Assembly (NCBI GenBank): GCA_900757385.1
Contig: CAAENO010000218.1
Span: 5,226-69,225, forward strand
Length of the DNA: 64,000 nt
Direction of reading: 5' to 3'
Source of the DNA: an uncultured Collinsella sp.
Lineage (GTDB): Bacteria; Actinomycetota; Coriobacteriia; Coriobacteriales; Coriobacteriaceae
Part shown: piece after piece, positions 18,634 to 26,843 of the stretch
Position numbering within the stretch: position 1 is the stretch's first letter
How the letters are laid out: every line of letters begins with the position of its first letter
The notes under the pieces: model-generated
Database searches by the model: none
What the model saw: only the letters and a program-made list of their open reading frames with translations
Told to the model about the DNA's origin: nothing
Translations under genes and position numbers: made by a program

Positions 18634-19086
18634 ATGGGGTTTGTATCTGCCAACCAAGTGACGATTGGCTACGCCGCCGCCTCGCGCGAGGACGCGCTGC
18701 ATTATCTGTCCGAGCAGGCTGTTGAGCTTGGTTTTGCCGATGATGCCTCTGCCGTCGAGGCTGCCTTTATCGCTCGCGAGAACGAGGCCGAGACTGGCCT
18801 TGTCGCCGGTTTTGCCGTTCCGCATGCCAAGAGCGACGCGATCCATACGCCGGGCGTTGCCGTGCTCAAACTGGCCGAGCCCGTCGAGTGGCCGAGCTTC
18901 GACGGCGTGCCCGTCGATGTTGCGCTTGCGCTGTACGTGCCCGCCGGCGAAGCGGGAACCACGCACCTGCGTCTGCTCTCCAAGGCTGCCGTGATGCTGA
19001 TGGATGCCGCCTTCCGTGACAAGGTGCGCGAAAGCGCCGATCCTGTCGAGATTGCCGAGCTCATCAACGCCGGGCTCGAGGGTTAG
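18634..19086 (+). CDS. PTS fructose-family EIIA
   Basis: RENEAETG...FAVPHAK (phospho-His), HLRLLS. Confidence 0.92.
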   Translation: MGFVSANQVTIGYAAASREDALHYLSEQAVELGFADDASAVEAAFIARENEAETGLVAGFAVPHAKSDAIHTPGVAVLKLAEPVEWPSFDGVPVDVALALYVPAGEAGTTHLRLLSKAAVMLMDAAFRDKVRESADPVEIAELINAGLEG

Positions 19087-19170
19087 AACGGGCTCTCCGT
19101 TCCATTAATCGATCCTTCTCCAAGGAAAAGGGCCGCGACGCTATAGACGTCGCGGCCCCGTCTGCGTTTC

Positions 19171-19216
19171 CCCAGATAAAACCTAGCAAAATAAATCTGT
19201 CCCTTTTTAGCAGGTT
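19171..19216 (+). repeat. 46-bp REP-like repeat, copy 1 (mirror 55517-55562)
   Basis: CCCAGATAAAACCTAGCAAAATAAATCTGTCCCTTTTTAGCAGGTT. Confidence 0.85.
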
Positions 19217-19360
19217 AATCAGTCTAGCGGGAGACGCCGCAGGACGTTTGCTCGGCAGAATGCGTAAGATGTGAGGCAAGCGATACTGATGAGGTTGTAC
19301 CGTATAGGCTGGGAAAGCAGCATGCTTTTTTGCCGAGAACAACGCGAGAGAGAAGGCTCC

Positions 19361-20227
19361 ATGTCCGACATTATCCGTATAAGCGACGCGCGGCTCGAGG
19401 AGCTTATCGCCGAGGATGTCCCCTATATCGATCTTACGACGCATATCCTGGGAATCGGTGAGGCGCTCGGTGCGATGGAGTATTACACACGCGAGAACTG
19501 TGTGCTTTGTTGCACGGAGGAGGTTGCGCGTATGGCCACTATGCTGAACTTGACGGTCGAGTGGTTTGAGCCCTCGGGAACCAAGGTTGAAGCCGGGCAA
19601 TCTTTTATGCGCGTACGCGGTTCGGCCGCCAATTTGCATCTGCTATGGAAAGTCGGCCTAAATATGTTCGACCACTATTCGGCCGTGGCAACCAAGACGC
19701 GCAAAATGGTCGACGCCGCGCATGCGGCCAATCCCATGTGCGAGGTGCTGACGACGCGAAAGAGCACGCCGGGCAATAGAGATCTGCTGACCAAGGCGGT
19801 CGTTGCGGGCGGAGCGTTTCCGCATCGCATGGGCCTTTCCGAGACCGTGCTGGTGTTCGACAACCATACCAGGTTTATGACAGCGCCTTCTGGAGCGACG
19901 GGACTCGATGCGTTTATTGAGCTTCTGCCCCAGATTCGTCGACGCTGCATCGAGAAAAAGCTGTTTGTCGAGGCGGGCGCCGATGATGCTCGCAGGCTGG
20001 TGAAGGCGGGCGTCGACGGTATTCAGTTCGACAAAGTGTCGGTTGCCGAGCTGAGGCCGCTCGTCGAGGAGCTGCATGGAATCGATCCCCATGTGGCCCT
20101 AGTAGCGGCGGGAGGGATTCACCCCGACAACGCTGCCGAGTACGCGTCGACTGGCGTTGATGGCCTCGTGACTACGTCCTGCTTCACGGCGAATCCCGTC
20201 GACATGAGCGTCAAGATGTTCGCTTAG
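19361..20227 (+). CDS. modD: ModD / NadC-like phosphoribosyltransferase
   Basis: EDVPYIDLTT, TTRKSTPG, HRMGLSETVLVFDNH, IQFDK, AAGGI. Confidence 0.85.
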   Translation: MSDIIRISDARLEELIAEDVPYIDLTTHILGIGEALGAMEYYTRENCVLCCTEEVARMATMLNLTVEWFEPSGTKVEAGQSFMRVRGSAANLHLLWKVGLNMFDHYSAVATKTRKMVDAAHAANPMCEVLTTRKSTPGNRDLLTKAVVAGGAFPHRMGLSETVLVFDNHTRFMTAPSGATGLDAFIELLPQIRRRCIEKKLFVEAGADDARRLVKAGVDGIQFDKVSVAELRPLVEELHGIDPHVALVAAGGIHPDNAAEYASTGVDGLVTTSCFTANPVDMSVKMFA

Positions 20228-20236
20228 CGCGTTGCC

Positions 20237-20373
20237 GCGCGTTTGCCCGGGCAAACGCGCCCAATAATAAAACCGTTTCTTTCTTTGCGGGTCCATGCTC
20301 GCAAAACGCAGCTGCGGTGGAATAGTTCCTGTTGGGGCCCGATGGGCCGCAAAACAGGAACTATTCCACCGCA
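20237..20373. repeat. Two strong palindromes after modD
   Basis: Perfect 24-bp GCGCGTTTGCCC|GGGCAAACGCGC (20237-20260); 21-bp IR TGCGGTGGAATAGTTCCTGTT (20313-20333 / 20353-20373). Confidence 0.8.
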
Positions 20374-20397
20374 ACTTATTGGGATGCAGGTTACTGG

Positions 20398-20512
20398 TTC
20401 ATGTTGCCGTGGATGTAGGGGGTGACCTCGGGTGAGATATGGCAGTAGCTCGACATGCGCACACCGGGCTCTTCCTGAAGCCCCTTTGCAGGTGCGGTAG
20501 TGTCTGAAAGCA
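20398..20512 (-). pseudogene. Internally deleted remnant of a larE duplicate
   Basis: 20398-20443 matches the larE 3' end (from 23533, TTCATGTTGCCGTGGATGTAGGGGGTGACCTCGG); about 20475-20510 matches the larE 5' end (TGCAGGTGCGGT.GTGTCTGAAA); the middle of the gene is absent. Confidence 0.8.
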
Positions 20513-20597
20513 GAAACGCTTCTCACCGCTGGACACTCGACCGAAAACCATGGTCCTACCGAGCGCTCGTTATGAGACTCCCATCTATATAGCGAAC

Positions 20598-20629
20598 GTG
20601 CAATATGATATATACGTTATATACAAGTT
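20598..20629. promoter_or_regulatory. Conserved AT-rich operator/promoter box upstream of HAD copy 1
   Basis: GTGCAATATGATATATACGTTATATACAAGTT; 31/32 identical to 24491-24522 although the flanks have diverged. Confidence 0.55.
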
Positions 20630-20677
20630 ATAACGTGCGGTAGATTTGCGGTAACGCAAGCCGATGAAGGGGCCGAT

Positions 20678-21328
20678 ATGATCAGGGCTGTTATTTTTGA
20701 CATGGATGGAACGTTGATCGATACCGAGCGCTTGGACATGAAAGCGTGGAAGGTGGGTGCTGCCGAGCTGGGTATCGCGATTGATGACGCGTTGACGCAT
20801 CAGTTTATCGGCCGTTCGAATGCCGATGTTAAGGGCATCCTTGAGGCGCATTACGGCAAGGGCGAAACCGCCGACGCGATTTATGCCCGCAACATTGAGC
20901 TTCACACCGAGATGGCCAAGACCGACCTGGAGCTTAAGGCCGGCGCCGCCGAGTGCCTAGACGAGCTGCTGGCCGCGGGCTATCACGTGGGCCTTGCGAC
21001 GTCGTCGCGCCGCGTTGCGGCCGAGCGCAACCTTAAGACGGTCGGTCTCTTTGACAAGTTCGAAACGGTGACCTTTGGCGAGGACGTCGCGTGCGGCAAG
21101 CCCGATCCCGAGATCTACCTGCTCGCCTGCGAGCGCGCGGGCTTTGCTCCCGAGGAGTGCGCCGTGGTCGAGGATTCTCGCAATGGCTGCGTCTCGGGCA
21201 TCACGGCCGGCTGCCATGTCTTTGCCGTGCCCGATATCTTGCCGCTGCCGCAGGACGTGGTGGACGGCTGCGAGGCCGTGCTCGATACACTGTTCGATCT
21301 GACGGCGGCGGTCAGGGCCGTGCGCTAA
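20678..21328 (+). CDS. HAD-superfamily phosphatase (beta-PGM/CbbY-like), copy 1
   Basis: FDMDGTLIDTE, LATSS, KPDPEIY, VVEDSRNG. Confidence 0.92.
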   Translation: MIRAVIFDMDGTLIDTERLDMKAWKVGAAELGIAIDDALTHQFIGRSNADVKGILEAHYGKGETADAIYARNIELHTEMAKTDLELKAGAAECLDELLAAGYHVGLATSSRRVAAERNLKTVGLFDKFETVTFGEDVACGKPDPEIYLLACERAGFAPEECAVVEDSRNGCVSGITAGCHVFAVPDILPLPQDVVDGCEAVLDTLFDLTAAVRAVR

Positions 21329-21382
21329 AGGTATGCGCCGAGGCTGATGACGGTGGCTTCGGCGTGGCCCCGCTTGCGTTTC

Positions 21383-21428
21383 CCCAGATAAAACCCGCCA
21401 ATATAAACCTGTCCTCTTTTGGCGGGTT
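21383..21428 (+). repeat. 46-bp REP-like repeat, copy 2 (mirror 53305-53350)
   Basis: CCCAGATAAAACCCGCCAATATAAACCTGTCCTCTTTTGGCGGGTT. Confidence 0.85.
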
Positions 21429-21499
21429 GGCGGGGCAATGCCCGCCGCAACTTAGGGCACGGTTGGGACGTGTACGCTTTAAAGAGCGGAGCCCATGGT

Positions 21500-21687
21500 T
21501 AGAGAGATGCGCTCGTCTCTCTAAACGTCTCTCTAAAGAGAAAGTCGGTTAGAGAGATGGCTTTAGGTAATCTAGCAGTGAATTCGATACATCTCTCTAA
21601 ATTTCTCTCTAAAAGAAGGTGCTCATCTCTCTAAAGCTAGAGAGATATACTAAGCTTTAGAGAGATAAATCTATTGTTTTAGAGAGA
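21500..21687. repeat. Cluster of ten TAGAGAGA/TCTCTCTA octamers upstream of the AlbA_2 gene (mirror 53046-53233)
   Basis: Forward at 21500, 21550, 21638, 21658, 21680; reverse at 21516, 21528, 21592, 21604, 21626. Confidence 0.9.
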
Positions 21688-21691
21688 CGGA

Positions 21692-23392
21692 ATGCCAATG
21701 CTGTTGGATGAACCTCTTGGCCTTATCGTCGAGCGCCTTCGCAGGCGGGGGACCGATGACGCATCGGTAGAAGTTAAAGCCTGCACGAATAAATTGAGTG
21801 CAGACGTATGGGAGACAGTGAGTGCTTTTGCGAACACTGCGGGTGGGCTCATTATTTTGGGCCTGAACGAAGCCGAAGGATTTGTTCCTTCTGCCAACTT
21901 TGCTATCGACAGGGTACGCGACCAGTTTGTTTCGGGTATCGGAGACGGAGGCTCAGCGGCGGTGGTGACCCATGCGCCGCGGTATGAGCTTGATCGTGGC
22001 GAGGTCGACGGGCTCCAGGTACTTCTGGTGCGCATCTTTGAGCTTGAGCTCAAAGCGAAGCCATGCTATATCGGCGCGCGCGGCGTGCAGAACGGTAGCT
22101 ACAAGCGCGTGGATGATAAAGATATCAAGATGTCGCCCGCTGAGCTATATGAGCTACAGAGTGCGTTGCTTCCGAGTGATGCAGACGGTACGGTGGTTTC
22201 GGAGGCAACAGTCGAGGATTTGGATCCAGATGTCGTGCGGTCCATTATCGCAAATCGTCGGCTGCAGACCCCGCGCGTTTTGCGCGGGGCCGATACGCTG
22301 GAAAAGCAGCTGGCCAGACTCAATATCACTACAAAGGATGGAGCTGTGAAGCTCGCGGGGCTTCTGTCGGCGGGAATTTACCCCCAGCAGTTCTATCCCA
22401 AGCTGATGATCGATGTCGCCGTTCATTCCGATGTGGAAAAATCTGCTCCTGGGCAACCCCGGTTTATTGACCGCCAGTTGTGCGATGGCCCGATTCCGGC
22501 TTGCATCGAAGATGCCCTCGCTGCGATCGGACGAAACTTGCGCAAAGCGGCGATAGTGCGAGGCGCTGGTAGAAGGGAAGATTGGGAAGTACCCCAGGAG
22601 GTTTTGCGCGAGGCCTTGGCGAATGCCTGCATCCATCGAGAGTATTCGCCCATGTTTGTGGGGCAGGCCGTGAGCGTCGATATCTACCCAGACAGAATAG
22701 AGATCAAAAACCCCGGCGGGCTTTGGGGCGGAAAGACGGTGGACAATCTTGCGGACGGGGAATCGCGTTGCCGAAACCCAAAGCTCATGAGTCTGATGGG
22801 GGCGACGCCGTTAGAGCATGCTGAGGGGGCTGTTGCGGAAAGTCAGGGATCTGGCATCCCGGCTATGATTCGCGAGATGGAGTCTCGTTCGCTTGGCAGG
22901 CCGAAATTTATCGTTAAGGCCGATTCGTTTACGGTGCTGCTTTCCCGGCACGGGGCGGAGCTTGCTGAAAACCGCATGTGGATTCAGGGCCATGTGGACA
23001 CCGAACTGACGCATCGCGAGGAAACATTACTCATGTTTATGCGGGAGCATGGGTGCGTATGCGATGTTCAAAAAATACGAGAGGCTTTGAAGTGGGATTC
23101 GGATGACATTCGCCTGATCTGCGGGGACCTTGTCGATAAACATGTCCTGTCAAAATGTGGCAAAGACGCGTTTGAAATTATCGATATGAGCAGAGAATCG
23201 TCAGCTTCGACGGCGGATAGGATCCTGGAGGCTCTCAGCGCCGGAATGGATATGACGGCGCGAGAAATAGCGGTTGCATCGGGGGTCAAGATTTCGTCCG
23301 TCCGTTACCATCTGCCAAAAATGGCGGATAAAGGACTCATTGAAGTAATGGGTTCATCGACGAGCCGCAACCGCCGCTATCGGAAGAGGTAG
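21692..23392 (+). CDS. Schlafen/AlbA_2 domain + HATPase_c_4 (RecG-C-like) + C-terminal wHTH protein
   Basis: VEVK...SAFANTAGGLIILG (AlbA_2), LREALANACIHREYS, DRIEIKNPGGL, RNPKL, GSGIPAM, C-terminal HTH MTAREIAVASG...VRYHL. Confidence 0.85.
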   Translation: MPMLLDEPLGLIVERLRRRGTDDASVEVKACTNKLSADVWETVSAFANTAGGLIILGLNEAEGFVPSANFAIDRVRDQFVSGIGDGGSAAVVTHAPRYELDRGEVDGLQVLLVRIFELELKAKPCYIGARGVQNGSYKRVDDKDIKMSPAELYELQSALLPSDADGTVVSEATVEDLDPDVVRSIIANRRLQTPRVLRGADTLEKQLARLNITTKDGAVKLAGLLSAGIYPQQFYPKLMIDVAVHSDVEKSAPGQPRFIDRQLCDGPIPACIEDALAAIGRNLRKAAIVRGAGRREDWEVPQEVLREALANACIHREYSPMFVGQAVSVDIYPDRIEIKNPGGLWGGKTVDNLADGESRCRNPKLMSLMGATPLEHAEGAVAESQGSGIPAMIREMESRSLGRPKFIVKADSFTVLLSRHGAELAENRMWIQGHVDTELTHREETLLMFMREHGCVCDVQKIREALKWDSDDIRLICGDLVDKHVLSKCGKDAFEIIDMSRESSASTADRILEALSAGMDMTAREIAVASGVKISSVRYHLPKMADKGLIEVMGSSTSRNRRYRKR

Positions 23393-23467
23393 ATGCAGCC
23401 GAGTTGCCTCTCTAGTGTCTCTCGAAGTTAGATGGATACTAGAGAGGCGGTGGCTCCGCGATATTTC

Positions 23468-23513
23468 CCCAGATAAAACCTGCCAAAATAAACCTGTTCC
23501 TTTTTGGTAGGTT
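23468..23513 (+). repeat. 46-bp REP-like repeat, copy 3 (mirror 51220-51265)
   Basis: CCCAGATAAAACCTGCCAAAATAAACCTGTTCCTTTTTGGTAGGTT. Confidence 0.85.
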
Positions 23514-23525
23514 AAACGGCGTAAC

Positions 23526-24404
23526 TTAAAGATTCATGTTGCCGTGGATGTAGGGGGTGACCTCGGGGGAGATATGGCCGCAGCCTAGGTTACGCAGGGC
23601 AGATTCGATGGCGGCGGGAAGTGGGGCCTTGCCCTCGTCGTTGACCGCGGTGCTGCCGAGGGCGGCGATCTTGGCGACGTCTGCCGGCGCGGCCTCGATA
23701 TGCATGCAGCCGCCGACGAGGCGTGCGCGGACCTGGTCCAGGCCAAGGTCGTGCAGGTAGTCCTCACAGGCGCGGATTACATCGACCTTCTCGCGCGTGA
23801 GCTCCTCGCCCGTGGGAATGCGCGTGGCCAAGCAGGCGCCTGCCGGCAGGTTCCAGACGGGATAGCCCCATGCGCGCAGCAGCTCGCGCTCTTCGTCCTT
23901 GGTAAAGCCGACCTCCATAAGGGGTGAGCGTACACCGAGCTCTTGTGCCGCACGCATGCCGGGGCGGTAGTCACCGCGATCGCTTGCATTGCTGCCATCG
24001 ATGACGGTGGGAAAGCCTAGCGACTTGGCGTGGTTGACGATGGCGGTGAAGCCGGCGCGCTTGCAGTGGTAGCAGCGGTCAGCATCGTTGCAGGCTACCT
24101 GGGGAAGTTGCAGCTGGTCGACCGAAAGATTGAGCACGGGGAGCTTAAAATGCGGCCCCTCATCGGTTTGTCCGTCAACGGACCGCTCAAACGAAGCCTG
24201 CTCGGGTGTGCCGATGAGCGGCGTGGTGAGGTGGACGAGAAGCGTGTCGGCAGGCATGATACGGGCGCAGACCGCAGCCAAAAAGCTGCTGTCGACGCCG
24301 CCGGAAAAGCCGATGGCGACGCGTCCATATGCCAAAAGCAGCTGCTCGAGCGCTGCGAGTTTGTCCTGAAGCTCCTCTGCAGGTGCGGTGGTGTCTGAAA
24401 ACAT
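23526..24404 (-). CDS. larE: LarE-family ATP-dependent sulfur transferase (PP-loop)
   Basis: FSGGVDS PP-loop, RCYHCK, DGSNASD..DYRPG, ACLATRIP. Confidence 0.85.
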   Translation of the reverse strand: MFSDTTAPAEELQDKLAALEQLLLAYGRVAIGFSGGVDSSFLAAVCARIMPADTLLVHLTTPLIGTPEQASFERSVDGQTDEGPHFKLPVLNLSVDQLQLPQVACNDADRCYHCKRAGFTAIVNHAKSLGFPTVIDGSNASDRGDYRPGMRAAQELGVRSPLMEVGFTKDEERELLRAWGYPVWNLPAGACLATRIPTGEELTREKVDVIRACEDYLHDLGLDQVRARLVGGCMHIEAAPADVAKIAALGSTAVNDEGKAPLPAAIESALRNLGCGHISPEVTPYIHGNMNL

Positions 24405-24571
24405 GAAACGATCCTTGCCATTGAGTACTCGGTCGAAAACTATAATCCTACCGGGCTGCTTGTCATAAGATTTCTACCTATGTAACGAAAGTGCAATATG
24501 CTATATACGTTATATACAAGTTTGTAAAGTGCGGTAGAGTGGCAGTAATGCAATCCGGTGAGGGGACCGAT

Positions 24572-25222
24572 ATGATCAAGGCTGTTATTTTTGACATGGA
24601 CGGAACGCTGGTCGATACCGAGCGTCTGGGCATCAAGGCATGGAAAGCGCCCGCTGCTGAGCTGGGTGTCGCGATTGATGATACGCTGATTCATCAGTTT
24701 ATCGGTCGTACGCTGCCCGATGTCATGGACATCCTTGAGGCACATTACGGCAGTAGAGAAACCGCTGTGGCGATCTATCATCGCCACAAGGAGATTCGCG
24801 ACGAGATGGTCAAGACCGAGCTGGAGCTTAAGGCCGGCGCCGCCGAGTGCCTAGACGAGCTGCTGGCTGCGGGCTATCACGTGGGTCTAGCGACGTCGTC
24901 GCGCCTCGTTACGGCCGAGCGCAACCTTAAGATGGTCGGTCTTTTTGACAAGTTTGAAACGGTAACGTGTGGCGAGGACGTCGTGCACGGCAAGCCCGAC
25001 CCCGAGATGTATCTGCTCGCCTGCGAGCGCGCGGGCTTTGCCCCCGAGGAGTGCGCCGTGGTCGAGGATTCCCGCAACGGCTGCGTCTCGGGCATCACGG
25101 CCGGCTGCCACGTCTTTGCCGTTCCCGACATCGTGCCGCTGCCGCAGGACGTGGTGGATGGCTGCGAGGTCGTGCTCGATACGCTGTTCGACCTGACGGC
25201 GGCGGTCAAGGCCGTGCGCTAG
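24572..25222 (+). CDS. HAD-superfamily phosphatase, copy 2
   Basis: FDMDGTLVDTE, KPDPEMY, VVEDSRNG; paralogue of 20678-21328. Confidence 0.92.
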   Translation: MIKAVIFDMDGTLVDTERLGIKAWKAPAAELGVAIDDTLIHQFIGRTLPDVMDILEAHYGSRETAVAIYHRHKEIRDEMVKTELELKAGAAECLDELLAAGYHVGLATSSRLVTAERNLKMVGLFDKFETVTCGEDVVHGKPDPEMYLLACERAGFAPEECAVVEDSRNGCVSGITAGCHVFAVPDIVPLPQDVVDGCEVVLDTLFDLTAAVKAVR

Positions 25223-25309
25223 CGTTTGCACGCGAGTCGCCATGCCCCGCGCCCGATCCCGCAGGACGGTGACGGTAACGGCGCCTGCGTGGAGGCGCTG
25301 ACGCAGTCA

Positions 25310-25356
25310 GCCCCTCTTATCACGCCAAGATTGCTGTTTTGGCCGATAAGAGGGGC
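25310..25356. repeat. Intergenic hairpin between convergent genes
   Basis: GCCCCTCTTATC ... GATAAGAGGGGC. Confidence 0.6.
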
Positions 25357-25423
25357 ATTGTGCTTTAAGCGACTGGGGCTGCGGCCTTGGTAAGGAGCTG
25401 GCGGAGGGTTATGACGTTACAAG

Positions 25424-26629
25424 TTACTCCAGGAGCCAGTCGATCACGTTGCGCTTGCGGACTCCTTCGTAGTTCGCAAGCGCAAACAGCGTGTCGAGCG
25501 TAAGAAGCGTCTTGGGGTAGTTGTCTCGGACTTTCTTAAAGGGGGCCAACTCTCGATCGAGGGTAGTTTCGTCGAGCGTTGTGGCTGAAACCTGAAAATA
25601 GGCTGTCTCGTCTGACTTTAGGGCAACAAAATCAATTTCCCCGCCGTCGATATCGCCCACGTAGACGTCGTATCCACGGCGTAGGAGCTCGAGATAAACA
25701 ACATTTTCGAGGATATGACCGATATCGCTGCTTTGGGTTTTGACGAGAGCGCCTCTAAGTCCAAGGTCAACGGCGTAGTATTTGCCGTTTGTTGAAAGAA
25801 GCTGCCGACCGCGCACGTTATAGCGCGGAGCAAAGTACAGCACAAGGCTGTCTGTTAAGCCTTTGAGGTACTTGGCTACGGTTTTCTGGTCGGTTTTGTT
25901 GCCGTTGGACGAGAGCGTGTCGGAGATTTTTTTAATCGAGATCCGGTTTCCAATGCTATGGAGTAGGAACTTGGTGATATCGCGCAGGGTCGGGACGTCC
26001 GAGACCTTCAGGCGTTCGATAACGTCGCGTATGACGATGGTATCGTAGAGGCTCATAAGATAATCGCGCGCCTGGGGTCCCTGAATACCCGTCTCGGCGA
26101 TAAAGGGAAAAGAGCCCCTGGTTATGTACTCGTCAAACAACTGGGCGGGAGCCTTTCCGTCATTGGTTTTTGCCGAGCAAAACTCTTTAAAGGATAGGGG
26201 CAGCATCTTGAGCTCTACGTAGCGGCCGGAGAGCAAAGTTGCCAGCTCGCTCGAGAGCAGATAAGCGTTGGAACCGGTTATGTGGAGGTCGACATTGTCC
26301 TTGATAAAAAGACTGTCGACGGCTTTTTCGAAATGCTCGACGTGCTGTATCTCGTCCAGAAAAACGTAGTTCATCTTATCGGGGACGAGTCTGGCGGAAA
26401 TGTAGTCGTAGAGCGCTCTATACGACGTAAGCGACTCGAACTCCAGGTCTTCAAAGTTGAGGGATATAACCTGGTCGCCTGTGATTCCATGATCGCGCAG
26501 GTAGCTACGGTAGATTTCGAATAGCTTTGATTTGCCGGACCTTCGCACGCCCGAAACGACCTTGATGACGTGTGAGTCTTTCCACGAAATGAGCCAGTCG
26601 AGGTACTGTTTGCGATCAATCAGATTCAT
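25424..26629 (-). CDS. AAA_14 ATPase with DUF4143 domain
   Basis: GVRRSGKS Walker A, FLDEIQ Walker B, ITGSNA, LSGR, GHILENVV, GEIDFV...QVS; lower GC than neighbours. Confidence 0.9.
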   Translation of the reverse strand: MNLIDRKQYLDWLISWKDSHVIKVVSGVRRSGKSKLFEIYRSYLRDHGITGDQVISLNFEDLEFESLTSYRALYDYISARLVPDKMNYVFLDEIQHVEHFEKAVDSLFIKDNVDLHITGSNAYLLSSELATLLSGRYVELKMLPLSFKEFCSAKTNDGKAPAQLFDEYITRGSFPFIAETGIQGPQARDYLMSLYDTIVIRDVIERLKVSDVPTLRDITKFLLHSIGNRISIKKISDTLSSNGNKTDQKTVAKYLKGLTDSLVLYFAPRYNVRGRQLLSTNGKYYAVDLGLRGALVKTQSSDIGHILENVVYLELLRRGYDVYVGDIDGGEIDFVALKSDETAYFQVSATTLDETTLDRELAPFKKVRDNYPKTLLTLDTLFALANYEGVRKRNVIDWLLE

Positions 26630-26800
26630 GAAACCCCTTTCTTGGCGAGAAAAAACTGGAGCAAAATCAATACTTATAGGAAATATCTAAAAATATGGAA
26701 TTGAGTCTATTTTAACAAAAAAGCTAATGAAAAATGGATTACATTCCATAAATATCCGTAGCCGCAGGTCCGGCTAAATGGGGAAGGCCCGTGGGGCCAG

Positions 26801-26843
26801 CAAAAACGCCGCAGCGGGGCTGTTCCCGTTGCGGCGTTTTTTG
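26801..26843. terminator. Terminator after the LacI gene
   Basis: CAAAAACGCCGCAGCGGG...CCCGTTGCGGCGTTTTTTG. Confidence 0.75.

Noticed and set aside
12918..18966. Long antisense ORFs (710, 544 and 428 aa; also 580 aa opposite glmS and 542 aa opposite EF-G)
   Set aside because: Typical stop-poor reverse frames of high-GC genes; they fully overlap well-supported CDSs.
21500..21687. CRISPR array or plasmid iteron origin
   Set aside because: Units are only 8-13 bp, in mixed orientation and irregularly spaced; no cas or rep gene nearby.
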